A DNA stretch of 64,000 nucleotides from Euryarchaeota archaeon UBA89 (GCA_002495525.1 DAFS01000037.1:19103-83102); one strand, 5' to 3'; positions 35,090 through 44,859 are shown, numbered from the stretch's first letter. A program made the numbers and translations. The notes: generated by a model not told the origin, from the sequence alone.

Positions 35090-36258
35090 ATCCCTTCATT
35101 AGAAAATGGGTCTTTTCGTGTCATTGCAGCAGAGTATTCATTCCAGTCTAGGTTAAATCTATCTTGATCAGGGTCCCACTCATCCCAAGTAACTACTTTT
35201 TCTAATTTTTCCTGATAACTTTCTGGAACAATTCCTGGTACGATAAATGCTTTTTGTCTATGTAATGGGTAAGGATTTCTAAGTTCAATACCTAATACTC
35301 CCATTACAGCTCTTGCCACATACCATGTTGCCTGAGAATTCCATCCATGAGCGATTTTAATTACAATTCCTAAACCCTTTGGCCAATCTGGATGTTCGAT
35401 TGCCAGGCCTAATAATCCATCTGCTCCTTCCTTAGCAATCAATTTTCCATTTCCTGCTTTCAGGCATGTTGAATCGAGGCGATTGAATCCACCTATTAAA
35501 TCAGGATTCTTATTCATCGCTTCCCAAATCCAGTCATCATCTTTCTTTGCAACTAGTCCTGCGAACATTACTGCAAGCTCATCAACTGTGTTTGATACAG
35601 TAGGCAATCCACAACCATCTTTAGCAACTCTTTTAGGTTCCCAGTCAGGTTTATTCATGTATTCTTTTAGAACATCTAGAAATAATGGGAACCAAGGTGT
35701 ACTAGGTAGTGTATAACCTGCTCTACTCATCCCCATCTTCCGCATTCCTTTCAATAAAGCAGCATGTTCTCCTGAGCATGTATGAAACCACCTCCTTGGT
35801 CTTCTTACCTGTCTTCCAAACTGTATCAGTGGCACGTCTAAGGGGCATTGCATTAATCCCCATTCAGATTCTGTGAGTATAGATTGTGCAGCAGCGACAT
35901 GTTCAGTGTCTCCATTATGGGATGAGCAAGAAATTGCTTTCTGTTCCCATGTTAATTCGTCTTCTAGGACCTTTGCGAAGGGTTTCATCATCAATGGTTT
36001 CATCATAGATCTCCCATAAATAAGTACATTACCGCCAAAAGAGTGTATAATTTCATTTCCATGAGCCCATGCAACAGCACCATGGATTGTATTTTCAGAT
36101 ACATCCATTCTCCTAAAGTCCACTAATGGTTCCCATTCTACGTCTCTACCTGTTGCTATACCTTCATGCATCTCACCAAGAGGGTTTGTTGGAAATAATG
36201 TAGATCCGGGTCTACCAGGGGATACTGATGAAGGTCTTGAATTTTTTTCTTCTGCCAT
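35086..36258 (-). CDS. Asparaginase-II family (PF06089-like) protein
   Basis: The ordered motifs RSMMKPLM, SSHNGDTEHV, CSGEHAALL and DGCGLPT resemble the Rhizobium-type asparaginase II family. I prefer ATG 36258, which follows the upstream stop as TAAAATG, over 36294. Confidence 0.55.
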   Translation of the reverse strand: MAEEKNSRPSSVSPGRPGSTLFPTNPLGEMHEGIATGRDVEWEPLVDFRRMDVSENTIHGAVAWAHGNEIIHSFGGNVLIYGRSMMKPLMMKPFAKVLEDELTWEQKAISCSSHNGDTEHVAAAQSILTESEWGLMQCPLDVPLIQFGRQVRRPRRWFHTCSGEHAALLKGMRKMGMSRAGYTLPSTPWFPLFLDVLKEYMNKPDWEPKRVAKDGCGLPTVSNTVDELAVMFAGLVAKKDDDWIWEAMNKNPDLIGGFNRLDSTCLKAGNGKLIAKEGADGLLGLAIEHPDWPKGLGIVIKIAHGWNSQATWYVARAVMGVLGIELRNPYPLHRQKAFIVPGIVPESYQEKLEKVVTWDEWDPDQDRFNLDWNEYSAAMTRKDPFSNEGI

Positions 36259-36259
36259 T

Positions 36260-37501
36260 TTATTTCTCTCCGTTAACAATAGGTGCGACTTCATCCATAA
36301 AAGCCTTCATATTTCTTTGAACTCTTTCACTATTATGATTAAAGAAATCGAACCAACACATTAATTTATCATTTTTGTCGAATCTTTGAATTATTTGTTG
36401 GGCTACTTCTTCTACATTTCCGATTACAGCATTGTCAGACGCTCTTTCGACTTTCGATGGATCTATTGTTCCTTCCAACGCACTCCAGTATGTATTCAAT
36501 GCGGCTTTTGCTTCTTCTTTAGCAGCAATACTTTGCTCTTCAGATGAAAGTCCATCTTCATTATTGACAAATACCATTATTGTTCTAGGCATCATACTTC
36601 TATTCCATTTCCCGCCATCTACATGGTAATTTTCATCCATTCTTTCATGAGTTTCTTCAATTATATGTGGAGGGGTGATACTTAGATTAAACACTTGAAC
36701 AGGTCTCCACTTATTGACCTCAATCTGTAATTTTGGATCATGACTTCCTAGAACAAGATTTAGTAAATCTCTTCTCCAATTCTGAGGAATTGTCTTTATT
36801 TCTTCAAAATCATACCTATGTGGTATTTCGATTTTTTCAGTTACTTCGTTCTGATTACTGAACTCTTTTGCAGCAATTTGAACTTTTTCCCAATCTTCAT
36901 CTGAACGAAAATTTTCTCTTGTAAGAATAGTATCTCTAATCATATTTGAAGAAATAACTTCACCATTTAATAGTCTTAGAAAAATTTCTGACGCTTCTCC
37001 AAATATTTGTCCTCTTAGAGCAGGCCAAGCAGCTTCTTCAACTATATTTCTCGGAATTATTCCGTATGGCCTCGCCATAAATTCAAATCTTCCTGCTGAA
37101 AATCCGATATGCAATCTTCTTTCTTCTGTATCATCCATTCCATGTAATGCTAGAAATGCTCCAACACGTTCGGCAATTGCGATAGGTCCTCCAGAAGCTA
37201 GAATTGATAAAACTGCACTACCTACTTCCATCTTCTTAGTTCTGGAAAACATTTTTTGAGCAATTTGAAAGAAGTCTGTACAGAGTCCAACTTCTCCTGG
37301 GTAATGTGGCACTACTGGAGTATTATTTCTTTTTTGAATTTCAGTTGATAGATGTGCTTGTGCTACCCATCCAACCCCAAATCCTAATTCATCGGCTAAT
37401 TCAACTTGTTCAAAGAAATTAGAGAACATTTCATTTTCAGAAGGAATATATCCTGATGTATCTGGCGTCTGAGAAATTGAAAAGAATATATCGAATAACA
37501 T
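36260..37501 (-). CDS. Luciferase-like monooxygenase (LLM-class flavin-dependent oxidoreductase)
   Basis: MLFDIFFSISQ...ADELGFGVGWVAQAHLS has the LuxA-like N-terminal layout. The C-terminal GNVEEVAQQIIQRF...MCWFDF parallels the LuxA C-terminus. I take ATG 37501 as the start rather than 37537. Confidence 0.75.
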   Translation of the reverse strand: MLFDIFFSISQTPDTSGYIPSENEMFSNFFEQVELADELGFGVGWVAQAHLSTEIQKRNNTPVVPHYPGEVGLCTDFFQIAQKMFSRTKKMEVGSAVLSILASGGPIAIAERVGAFLALHGMDDTEERRLHIGFSAGRFEFMARPYGIIPRNIVEEAAWPALRGQIFGEASEIFLRLLNGEVISSNMIRDTILTRENFRSDEDWEKVQIAAKEFSNQNEVTEKIEIPHRYDFEEIKTIPQNWRRDLLNLVLGSHDPKLQIEVNKWRPVQVFNLSITPPHIIEETHERMDENYHVDGGKWNRSMMPRTIMVFVNNEDGLSSEEQSIAAKEEAKAALNTYWSALEGTIDPSKVERASDNAVIGNVEEVAQQIIQRFDKNDKLMCWFDFFNHNSERVQRNMKAFMDEVAPIVNGEK

Positions 37502-37511
37502 TATTACACAC

Positions 37512-38318
37512 TCAAATTGAACGCATTCTTCCGCCATCTACTGCTAAGCTAATTCCTCTGACAGAGCCGCTACTTGGTAAACAAAGCCATGTAACTGCTG
37601 CTCCAGTTTCTAATGGGTCGATTAGTCTCTGAATTGGTACTGAATCCATCCATTTATCTTGAACTGATTGTATTGAGCCTCCAGTCCTATCTGAAATTGA
37701 TTTGGCAAGTGATCCAAGCCTATCTGTATCTGTAAATCCTGGAAGAATATTATTTATCGTGATGCAAGGGCTCAACTCTCTTGAAAGAGATTTAGCCCAT
37801 GAACCCATGGCCCCTCTCAGTGTATTTGAGAGTCCAATGTTATCTATTGGCTCTCTTACGGATGTAGAAATAATATTTACAATTCTACCATATCCTTCAC
37901 TTTCCATAATTGGAGTCAGAATCTGAGTGATAGTATGTGCTGCATGCAGATGTCTTTTGAACGGGGCATCAAAATCATGTATTGTATTCGATAATAATGG
38001 TCCACCTGGTGGCCCTCCTGCATTGTTAACTAAAATATGTATATTTTTATTTTCAATTAATTTATTTATTTTCGATTCTAAAGTAGAAGTATCTTCTAAA
38101 TCAAGTATTAATTTTGAATGTCCACTACCATACATTTCTTCAAGTAAATCATCTAATTTATCCGAAGACCTAGCGCATACAACAACCTTTGCTCCTGCTC
38201 TCGCAAGCATTAATGAAGTAGCTCTACCTATACCTTTCGATGCACCACATACAAGTGCATTTTTACCGTTTAGTATTCCGTCTGCATAAGGAAATTCTGA
38301 GTCTAATATTTTATCCAT
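37512..38318 (-). CDS. Classical short-chain dehydrogenase/reductase (FabG-like)
   Basis: ALVCGASKGIGRA (TGxxxGxG) and NNAGG are present, and the length is 268 aa. An AGGTGA Shine-Dalgarno precedes the ATG. Confidence 0.85.
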   Translation of the reverse strand: MDKILDSEFPYADGILNGKNALVCGASKGIGRATSLMLARAGAKVVVCARSSDKLDDLLEEMYGSGHSKLILDLEDTSTLESKINKLIENKNIHILVNNAGGPPGGPLLSNTIHDFDAPFKRHLHAAHTITQILTPIMESEGYGRIVNIISTSVREPIDNIGLSNTLRGAMGSWAKSLSRELSPCITINNILPGFTDTDRLGSLAKSISDRTGGSIQSVQDKWMDSVPIQRLIDPLETGAAVTWLCLPSSGSVRGISLAVDGGRMRSI

Positions 38319-38326
38319 TTTTTCAC

Positions 38327-39073
38327 CTAATCAACGTAATGAGCATATGTTTCTTCCTCTAATTTTTGGTATACAACTTGTAATATCTCTTCCGGAGCGT
38401 TTCTAAAAGTGGGATGGGAACTATCTCCTTGAGGGCGTTTCATTTCGTCCCACCTCCCCTGTTCATATGAAATCAATGCTTCCTTCATCAAAATTCCTGC
38501 TAAAACAAGAGTTTCATAACATAAATCTTCATATTTCATTCCTCTTTTTACAGGAACTTCTCTTCGTAATAGCAATTGCCCAGTATCTACTCCGTTATCA
38601 CAGAAATGAGTAGATGAACCTATAGGTATGTCATGATATACACTCCAAGCAGGAGACGCAGAGCCTCTACATTCAGGTAATAGTCCTGGATGGCTATTTA
38701 CTACTCCATATTTTGGATAATCTAATATTTCTCCGCGAATTATTCTTGTACCACCAAAGACTATGATATCTAGATCTAATTCTCTTATATGTGGCATTAC
38801 TTCTTCTGAATTATGAATAGGCACTTCCACATGTTCAACGTCGATACCTTTCTGTGATAACTTTTCAAGTTGAATTTCAATTCTTTCTGCAATTCGATTT
38901 CCCTCTATTCTTTTCAGAAATTTTTCTCTTTCTTCATCTGCAATTGCAGAATCTTCTGTAATGATAATTTTCGGTATAAAATCTTCTGATATTAACTGTT
39001 CTAGCATTTCTCTGCCATATGGATGTTCTTTTAGAAGTAGATATGCAAAGTTCGGCTTGGGCATATTTCTCAT
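38327..39073 (-). CDS. Formyltransferase-domain protein (Fmt/PurN-like N-terminal domain)
   Basis: VVNSHPGLLPECRGSASPAWSV...GVDTGQLLL retains the Asn-His-Asp catalytic pattern of formyl_trans_N. Confidence 0.7.
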   Translation of the reverse strand: MRNMPKPNFAYLLLKEHPYGREMLEQLISEDFIPKIIITEDSAIADEEREKFLKRIEGNRIAERIEIQLEKLSQKGIDVEHVEVPIHNSEEVMPHIRELDLDIIVFGGTRIIRGEILDYPKYGVVNSHPGLLPECRGSASPAWSVYHDIPIGSSTHFCDNGVDTGQLLLRREVPVKRGMKYEDLCYETLVLAGILMKEALISYEQGRWDEMKRPQGDSSHPTFRNAPEEILQVVYQKLEEETYAHYVD

Positions 39074-39129
39074 TCATCGCAGAGGTTTCTGATACCCGTT
39101 CTTTTCGGTGTGGATATTTCTAATTTATA

Positions 39130-39300
39130 TCATATAACTTCAAAAATTAGGTAACCAATTCCGACTCCAACTGATATAGAAATTATTACTCCTAATAGTA
39201 TTACCTTCTTTAGTTTAGAAATTATACCCTTTATAGGAAGTCCGAAACCATCGTCGGATGCATTAATTATATCATAAATCATCTTTAGTTGTGGAAGCAT
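39130..39300 (-). CDS. Candidate 56-aa tail-anchored membrane protein
   Basis: The ATG at 39300 lies 17 nt after the aspS stop. The product is MLPQLKMIYDIINASDDGFGLPIKGIISKLKKVILLGVIISISVGVGIGYLIFEVI*. It is not in the ORF track (under 60 aa). Confidence 0.3.
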   Translation of the reverse strand: MLPQLKMIYDIINASDDGFGLPIKGIISKLKKVILLGVIISISVGVGIGYLIFEVI

Positions 39301-39316
39301 ATTAATCTCTTCTTAG

Positions 39317-40726
39317 TTAGGGTGTTACTCTCGTTCTATCTCTTGGGAATAATACTACTTCACGGACATTTCCTGCTCCGGTAAGAACCATCAATAATCT
39401 TGCAACTCCTAATCCCCAACCTGCGTGTGGAGGAGCTCCATAACGAAAACCATCAGTATAGAATGTAAAATCTTCAGGATTGAGATCCATATCTCTGAGG
39501 TTCTGTTCAAGTACATCCACTCTGTGCTCTCTTTGTCCTCCGCTAGTCATTTCATCACGTCCATAATTTAAGTCAAAACCTCGACTTAGTTGCCCTCCAG
39601 AATCACTTTTCTCTGTTTTATTATGATAAATGTAGAATGGTTTCATCGCCATCGGCCATCTAGGGAGAAAATGAAATCCAGGATATATTGCTGCTATTAA
39701 GTCGCAATGATGACTCTCAATATCGTCCCCCCATTCAATATCGCCTCCTCCATTCTTGACAATTTCAATCGCTTCAGAATATGGAATTCTTGGAAACGGT
39801 AGTTCAGGAACCTCGACAGTGATTTCTTCTTCACCTTGACTAACTTTGTAGTCATTAATAGCCTGAATTAAATTTTGATCATTTTCAGAAACAGACGACC
39901 AGATATGATGAATCATCCTTTCCTGAACTCCCATTACATCATCATCGTTCATCCATGCGCCTTCAATATCAAAAGAAATAAACTCATTCAAATGTCTGTA
40001 AGTATCATGTTTTTCAGCTCTAAATGCCGGTCCAATTTCAAAAACTCTTTCCAATCCTCCAAGGACTGCTAATTGTTTGTAAAGTTGTGGTGACTGGCTG
40101 AGGAAAGCAGGTGTATCAAAGTACATCATAGGAAATAGATTAGTCCCTCCTTCAGATGCGCTAGCAATAATTTTAGGGCTATTCATTTCCATAAATCCTT
40201 CCTTGATTAAGTGCTCTCTACCATACTGTAGAACTTTACTTCTTAATTGGAACATTGCATTTACGTGAGTTCTTCTCAAATCCAAATGCCTATTGTCTAA
40301 TCTAATATCTAATCCAATTTTGACATCATCAATAATTCCAACTGGTAATGGTGTTGCCGCTTCTGCTAATACCTGCCCTGATGTCACATTAACTTCATAT
40401 TCCGGTGGGGGTAAAGGTTCTCCTTCTGCTACCTTCGGAGGTCTTTTTTGTGCCACAAGGCCAGTGACTTGAACTGTTGATTCTCTAGTAGAAGATTGAA
40501 TCAAATCGAAAGTTTCCGAATTCATATTATCCTTTTTCAAAAATGCTTGAATATGTCCTGTTCCATCTCTCAGCATCAGGAAGCAGATAGCACCTCTACC
40601 ACGTATTGTTTCTGCATATCCTGCTATACTAACCTCTTCACCTACTAATGATTCTCCTTCACTTACAATTTGACCTATCGTATGTGTTCGGTAAGATGTA
40701 GGTTCCCATTGGCTACTGTCTCTCAT
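39317..40726 (-). CDS. aspS: Aspartyl-tRNA synthetase, archaeal/eukaryotic type
   Basis: Class II motifs are present, including [15 protein letters not shown] and [15 protein letters not shown], with an N-terminal OB anticodon-binding domain. An alternative TTG start lies at 40759. Confidence 0.9.
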   Translation of the reverse strand: MRDSSQWEPTSYRTHTIGQIVSEGESLVGEEVSIAGYAETIRGRGAICFLMLRDGTGHIQAFLKKDNMNSETFDLIQSSTRESTVQVTGLVAQKRPPKVAEGEPLPPPEYEVNVTSGQVLAEAATPLPVGIIDDVKIGLDIRLDNRHLDLRRTHVNAMFQLRSKVLQYGREHLIKEGFMEMNSPKIIASASEGGTNLFPMMYFDTPAFLSQSPQLYKQLAVLGGLERVFEIGPAFRAEKHDTYRHLNEFISFDIEGAWMNDDDVMGVQERMIHHIWSSVSENDQNLIQAINDYKVSQGEEEITVEVPELPFPRIPYSEAIEIVKNGGGDIEWGDDIESHHCDLIAAIYPGFHFLPRWPMAMKPFYIYHNKTEKSDSGGQLSRGFDLNYGRDEMTSGGQREHRVDVLEQNLRDMDLNPEDFTFYTDGFRYGAPPHAGWGLGVARLLMVLTGAGNVREVVLFPRDRTRVTP

Positions 40727-40761
40727 GGTTTGGCGGAGGAATACTTGGTTATGAATCAAAT

Positions 40762-41574
40762 CTATTCTTCTTCCTCAGATGCTAATTTAGTAGCAATCAA
40801 CAAAAATGCTGTATGGCCCATTGGTTGGTTCCCAGGTCTGACTCCCCCTTTACTCGCTTTACTCCATTTTCTTTCGATAATTTCTCCGGCCCATTCGATA
40901 TTCATATTTTCATCTTCACAAGCATTCCAAGACTTTTCTAACTGAGATGAGGTAGGGCAATAGCATGCAATTCTTCCACCTACTCGAAGGCAAGGAACCA
41001 CTGCATTCAATACATTCCAAGGCTCTGCCACATCTATGATGGCGGAATCTATTTCAAAACAAATTTCTCTCACTCGATCAGTTATATTAGATAAATCATC
41101 AATAACTAAATGCCAATTAGGAAACTCGGGTAAGAATTCTTGTAACCTATCCATATTTTGTTTTCCGACCAATGCATGTTCCTCTCGAACTTCTACCGAA
41201 ATCAGTGTTCCGCTATTCCCTAACACATTAGCTATATTCATAGCTAGACCTGCTGAACCATGCCCTCCTTCTAGAACTCGGCTACCTACTCCAATTCCTA
41301 GCCAAGAAATTAAGAAACCAGAGTCTTTGATACCAATAGTTTGGGCTCTTCTAACCATATTTCGACGCGCTTCAGGAAGAGATGCTTTGACTATAGTAAG
41401 AGATTTTTGCCCTACTTGTATCCTTTCACCTATTGAGTATCCATCTAGTAGTTGTCCTGAATCAAATCTGCCTAGACCTTTTATCTTGACTTCACCCGGT
41501 TTTTTTTGTAACAAATATGCTCTGCCATCATCTTCTCTTAGAGCCACCCAATCTAGGTCATTGATTTCAGTCAT
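40762..41574 (-). CDS. trmI: tRNA (adenine-N1)-methyltransferase TrmI (Trm61/GCD14 family)
   Basis: It has the SAM motif RVLEGGHGSAGLAM and IIDVAEPWNVL, the family's D..(D/E)PW motif. I prefer ATG 41574 over 41652. Confidence 0.75.
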   Translation of the reverse strand: MTEINDLDWVALREDDGRAYLLQKKPGEVKIKGLGRFDSGQLLDGYSIGERIQVGQKSLTIVKASLPEARRNMVRRAQTIGIKDSGFLISWLGIGVGSRVLEGGHGSAGLAMNIANVLGNSGTLISVEVREEHALVGKQNMDRLQEFLPEFPNWHLVIDDLSNITDRVREICFEIDSAIIDVAEPWNVLNAVVPCLRVGGRIACYCPTSSQLEKSWNACEDENMNIEWAGEIIERKWSKASKGGVRPGNQPMGHTAFLLIATKLASEEEE

Positions 41575-41694
41575 TGATTCTACGAAAAGGTTCCATGATA
41601 TCAAGTCATTTGATTGAGAAGTTAGTTTATTTTGATTTATTCTTATAAACAAATCTTAGATAAGATTATACGAAGTTGTACAAGCGTTCATTTA

Positions 41695-44600
41695 GTGTTG
41701 AGGAACGAATTGTACAGTTCTATCTTGGCCCTCGCCATGGTGTCATTAATGGTTATTATGACTTTAGGGGGGCTTTTTGACTCAGATGAGCAAGATTTCT
41801 ATGAGCTCAACGAACTTGAAAAAGAGGAATTACCACTCTTTGCATCCAGCCCAGGTCATACTGTGTTCGGTGAATATGTAGGCGCCCATTGGTGTGGTCC
41901 TTGTATGAGTAGTGCATCCCCTTCTCTCCATAATTTGAAAACATCTAATCCTGAAGATTTCACATATATTTCGTTTTTCGAAGGTTCCGGAACTGGATGG
42001 CCTTCTGATTCAATTGGTAGTTCTGGGACAAGAAGAGACCACGTAATGGGTGCATCTAGTGGTTACCCTACATTCTCTTTTGCAGATGAGCAAGCAGGTT
42101 CTTGTTACAAAGTAGGCGCTGGTGGAACAAATTACTATGATGCAGATTTCACATCTGGTGGATGTATGGCACCATCTTCTACAGATTTTTCTATGGAACT
42201 TTCCACTTCCCTAAATCCTTCAGGAGATACTGTCACCACTGATTTGTCAATTTCATACTTAGGGACCATACCATCAGTTTCAGTGTATGTATATGCAGCC
42301 ATTACCGAACAATCAGGGGCTGAAAACTATGACGATGGATACAAGCCCCATCATGTTTGGAGATCTTGGTTGTTAGACAGTAGCCAGAGTGGATTTGAAC
42401 AAGTAGTCCTTTCACCTAGTTCAACTGCTGAACTTTCTTGGGATAAACCTTTGAGCACTGTTAGAGCTGCAGGTGGCAATACTCAATTTGAGAATTTTTG
42501 GCCTGTAGTTGCACTAATGGACGGCCCTCACACAACCTACAATAATTTCTATTCTGCTGTTGATTTGGACATGGCTCCCTTAGTTGATATGGGGATATCT
42601 GATTTCACTATTCAAGGCGATTCTGGTTTCGTTCAAGGTGATGAAATAGTTTTACAGACTATTATTAGAAATAATGGTGTTGAAACATACTCTGAGGGTG
42701 GACAAATCAGTATATACTATCTTGATGGTTCCGAGGAACAGCTAATCTCTAGCACCTCATTGAATAATAATATTGCATCCGGTTCTACTCAAATGTTGAC
42801 AACTGATTTTGACACTTCCTCGATTGAAATGTCGCCCTCAGGTACCTCAGTATTTAGGGCGAGACTTTCAAATCTGGAAGGCGATAGAATACCGAGTAAT
42901 AATTATCAAGATGTAGCTGGGCTACATGATTTGCCTCCAGTGCCAATTACCCCTACTTCCGTCTCTTCTCCTAATGTAAATAGAGGCAGTTCCATTCAAT
43001 TTGAAGTAACTGCAATATCAAATGACTTAGTTGATACGATTGAATCTATGTATCCTACATTGCATTATTCAGAGGCAGGTTCTGGTTCTTGGGATGATAC
43101 ATGGATTGAAGGGCCTGAAATTATTGGAAATGGTGGGAATGCAAGGTACTTATATTCAATAAATACTGAATTAACTTCACAAGTAGGTGACTATGATCTT
43201 AGAGTGATGTGGACAGATGCAGGTGGACAAGATAGTGAATGGTTAATTTCAGAGGATGCATTTGTACTTCAAAACGCACTGCCTTCAATTTATTCAAGTA
43301 GTGATGATCAATATTCTGGAATGCCTACAGTGAAAGTAGATACTGAAGAAAAGGTTTCCATAATAGGCTTAATCAGTGATGCGGAGACTCCTTTGCAACT
43401 TCTAGATATATCAAGTGATGACGGTGAATTCTTGTCATGGGATTCAGTAAACTTAGAATTAACAGTCAAATTTACACAAGTAGTTAGAGATAGTCACGGA
43501 AATGCATTGCCACAAGGAATTTACATTAGTGTCAATGACGGAGACGATATTAATTCAGGACTAATTTTATTCAATGTTATAGAAAATGGTGCTCCCCGTT
43601 GGTCTCCTATTAATACACAATCATTCAATGAAGGAGGTTATGGGAGTATCACATTTACAAATTATCTTTCAGATACCGATGATGCTGGGAACCCTGTGCC
43701 GGTAGCTGAACTTACATTATCAATAATTGATGTATCTGATGAAAATCTAGTTGAAGTGGATTTAAACGGCCATTCCTTATCAGTAGTCTCTTTGAATGAA
43801 GATGACTTTGGAATTGTTGATATTGTAATTAGGGCTAGTGATGGTATAAAATTCTCAGATACAGTTGTTACTTTCCATGTCCTCAATGTTAATGATGCAC
43901 CTAGGATTAATTTAACCGATATAGAACAAATTAATCTTCAAACTGGAGATATTTATTCAATAAATCTACTGGAAAGAATTTCAGATATCGATAATTCGGA
44001 TGAAGAAATTTGGGTAGTTGTAGAAAATCAAGTTCCAGGAGGAACTCAGTGGAATCCTATAACTGGTGATTTATTCATGTCTTGGCAAGATTCTGGGACT
44101 CAGATGGTTATTATCACTGCTGAAGATAGACATGGTTTTTCCTCCTCTTTTGTAATCACTGTTAATGTAGTAGATGATTTACCTTTAATCTGGAAATATG
44201 GTTCAATTGGTGACTTTACAATTTCTATCGATACAACTGATTATTACACTAATCCTTCGGTCTCAATTACCAATGTAGGAGTTCTTCAATTATCAGAGAT
44301 TTCAGTATTTTGGGGTATTTGTAATTCTGTAACTGGGATCTGCCATACTTCTGGAATATCTCACAATCTAGGTCCATTTATCGTGAATCACATTAGCGGT
44401 GATGGGTTGGGTGTCGGAGATTACATGACATTCACTGTAAGAGCCGTCGATCAGAATGGGATGGATAGAGTGACAGAAGAAACTTACAAGATTCATGCAA
44501 CATTGCCTGAGTTAGTTTTCGAAGATGAAAATCCTACTTCAAACGATGCATCATCTAGTTCTACATTGTCTCCATTAATGGTGATAGGAATTTTGAGTTT

Positions 44601-44859
44601 AGTAGTTCTATCTGTATTGGTAGCATCTCTTTCAACAGTTGCAATTATGAGGAGGAAAAAGAATGATGTCGAAGAATCTCGATATATTTCACAAGCACCA
44701 TTCGAATTGATGGATGATGTAACTTCTCCAAAGAGTTCGTCAAAGCTACCTCCGCCACCTCCAATGATGCCTAAATTACCTGCCACTGGTCTTCCAGATG
44801 GCTGGTCAATGGAACAGTGGTATCACTATGGAGAAGAATATCTCCGACGCCAAAAATGA
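41695..44859 (+). CDS. Giant type-I surface protein: N-terminal thioredoxin-fold (WCGPC) domain, CARDB-like and cadherin-like repeats, a TM and a Pro-rich cytoplasmic tail
   Basis: The signal anchor is SSILALAMVSLMVIMTL. GEYVGAHWCGPCM is encoded with WCGPC at 41890-41904. A CARDB-like segment (IIRNNGVETYSEGG...) and a cadherin-like VLNVNDAPR motif follow. The TM is at about 44560-44650 and the tail reads KLPPPPPMMPKLPATGLPDGWSMEQWYHYGEEYL. The start is uncertain (GTG 41695, ORF-track 41632 or ATG 41737). Confidence 0.8.
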   Translation: MLRNELYSSILALAMVSLMVIMTLGGLFDSDEQDFYELNELEKEELPLFASSPGHTVFGEYVGAHWCGPCMSSASPSLHNLKTSNPEDFTYISFFEGSGTGWPSDSIGSSGTRRDHVMGASSGYPTFSFADEQAGSCYKVGAGGTNYYDADFTSGGCMAPSSTDFSMELSTSLNPSGDTVTTDLSISYLGTIPSVSVYVYAAITEQSGAENYDDGYKPHHVWRSWLLDSSQSGFEQVVLSPSSTAELSWDKPLSTVRAAGGNTQFENFWPVVALMDGPHTTYNNFYSAVDLDMAPLVDMGISDFTIQGDSGFVQGDEIVLQTIIRNNGVETYSEGGQISIYYLDGSEEQLISSTSLNNNIASGSTQMLTTDFDTSSIEMSPSGTSVFRARLSNLEGDRIPSNNYQDVAGLHDLPPVPITPTSVSSPNVNRGSSIQFEVTAISNDLVDTIESMYPTLHYSEAGSGSWDDTWIEGPEIIGNGGNARYLYSINTELTSQVGDYDLRVMWTDAGGQDSEWLISEDAFVLQNALPSIYSSSDDQYSGMPTVKVDTEEKVSIIGLISDAETPLQLLDISSDDGEFLSWDSVNLELTVKFTQVVRDSHGNALPQGIYISVNDGDDINSGLILFNVIENGAPRWSPINTQSFNEGGYGSITFTNYLSDTDDAGNPVPVAELTLSIIDVSDENLVEVDLNGHSLSVVSLNEDDFGIVDIVIRASDGIKFSDTVVTFHVLNVNDAPRINLTDIEQINLQTGDIYSINLLERISDIDNSDEEIWVVVENQVPGGTQWNPITGDLFMSWQDSGTQMVIITAEDRHGFSSSFVITVNVVDDLPLIWKYGSIGDFTISIDTTDYYTNPSVSITNVGVLQLSEISVFWGICNSVTGICHTSGISHNLGPFIVNHISGDGLGVGDYMTFTVRAVDQNGMDRVTEETYKIHATLPELVFEDENPTSNDASSSSTLSPLMVIGILSLVVLSVLVASLSTVAIMRRKKNDVEESRYISQAPFELMDDVTSPKSSSKLPPPPPMMPKLPATGLPDGWSMEQWYHYGEEYLRRQK

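Noticed and set aside
36260-37501. Luciferase-like protein as evidence for bioluminescence
   Set aside because: LLM is a very large flavin-oxidoreductase family. No luxB/C/D/E partners are present, and the LuxA EHHF region is replaced by AQAHLS. I claim only generic monooxygenase or oxidoreductase function.
37512-39073. Formyltransferase plus SDR read as a split ArnA-like (aminoarabinose formylation/decarboxylation) pair
   Set aside because: The SDR is a classical 268-aa TGxxxGxG enzyme. It is not the extended ~350-aa sugar-nucleotide decarboxylase type. No aminotransferase or glycosyltransferase genes are adjacent.
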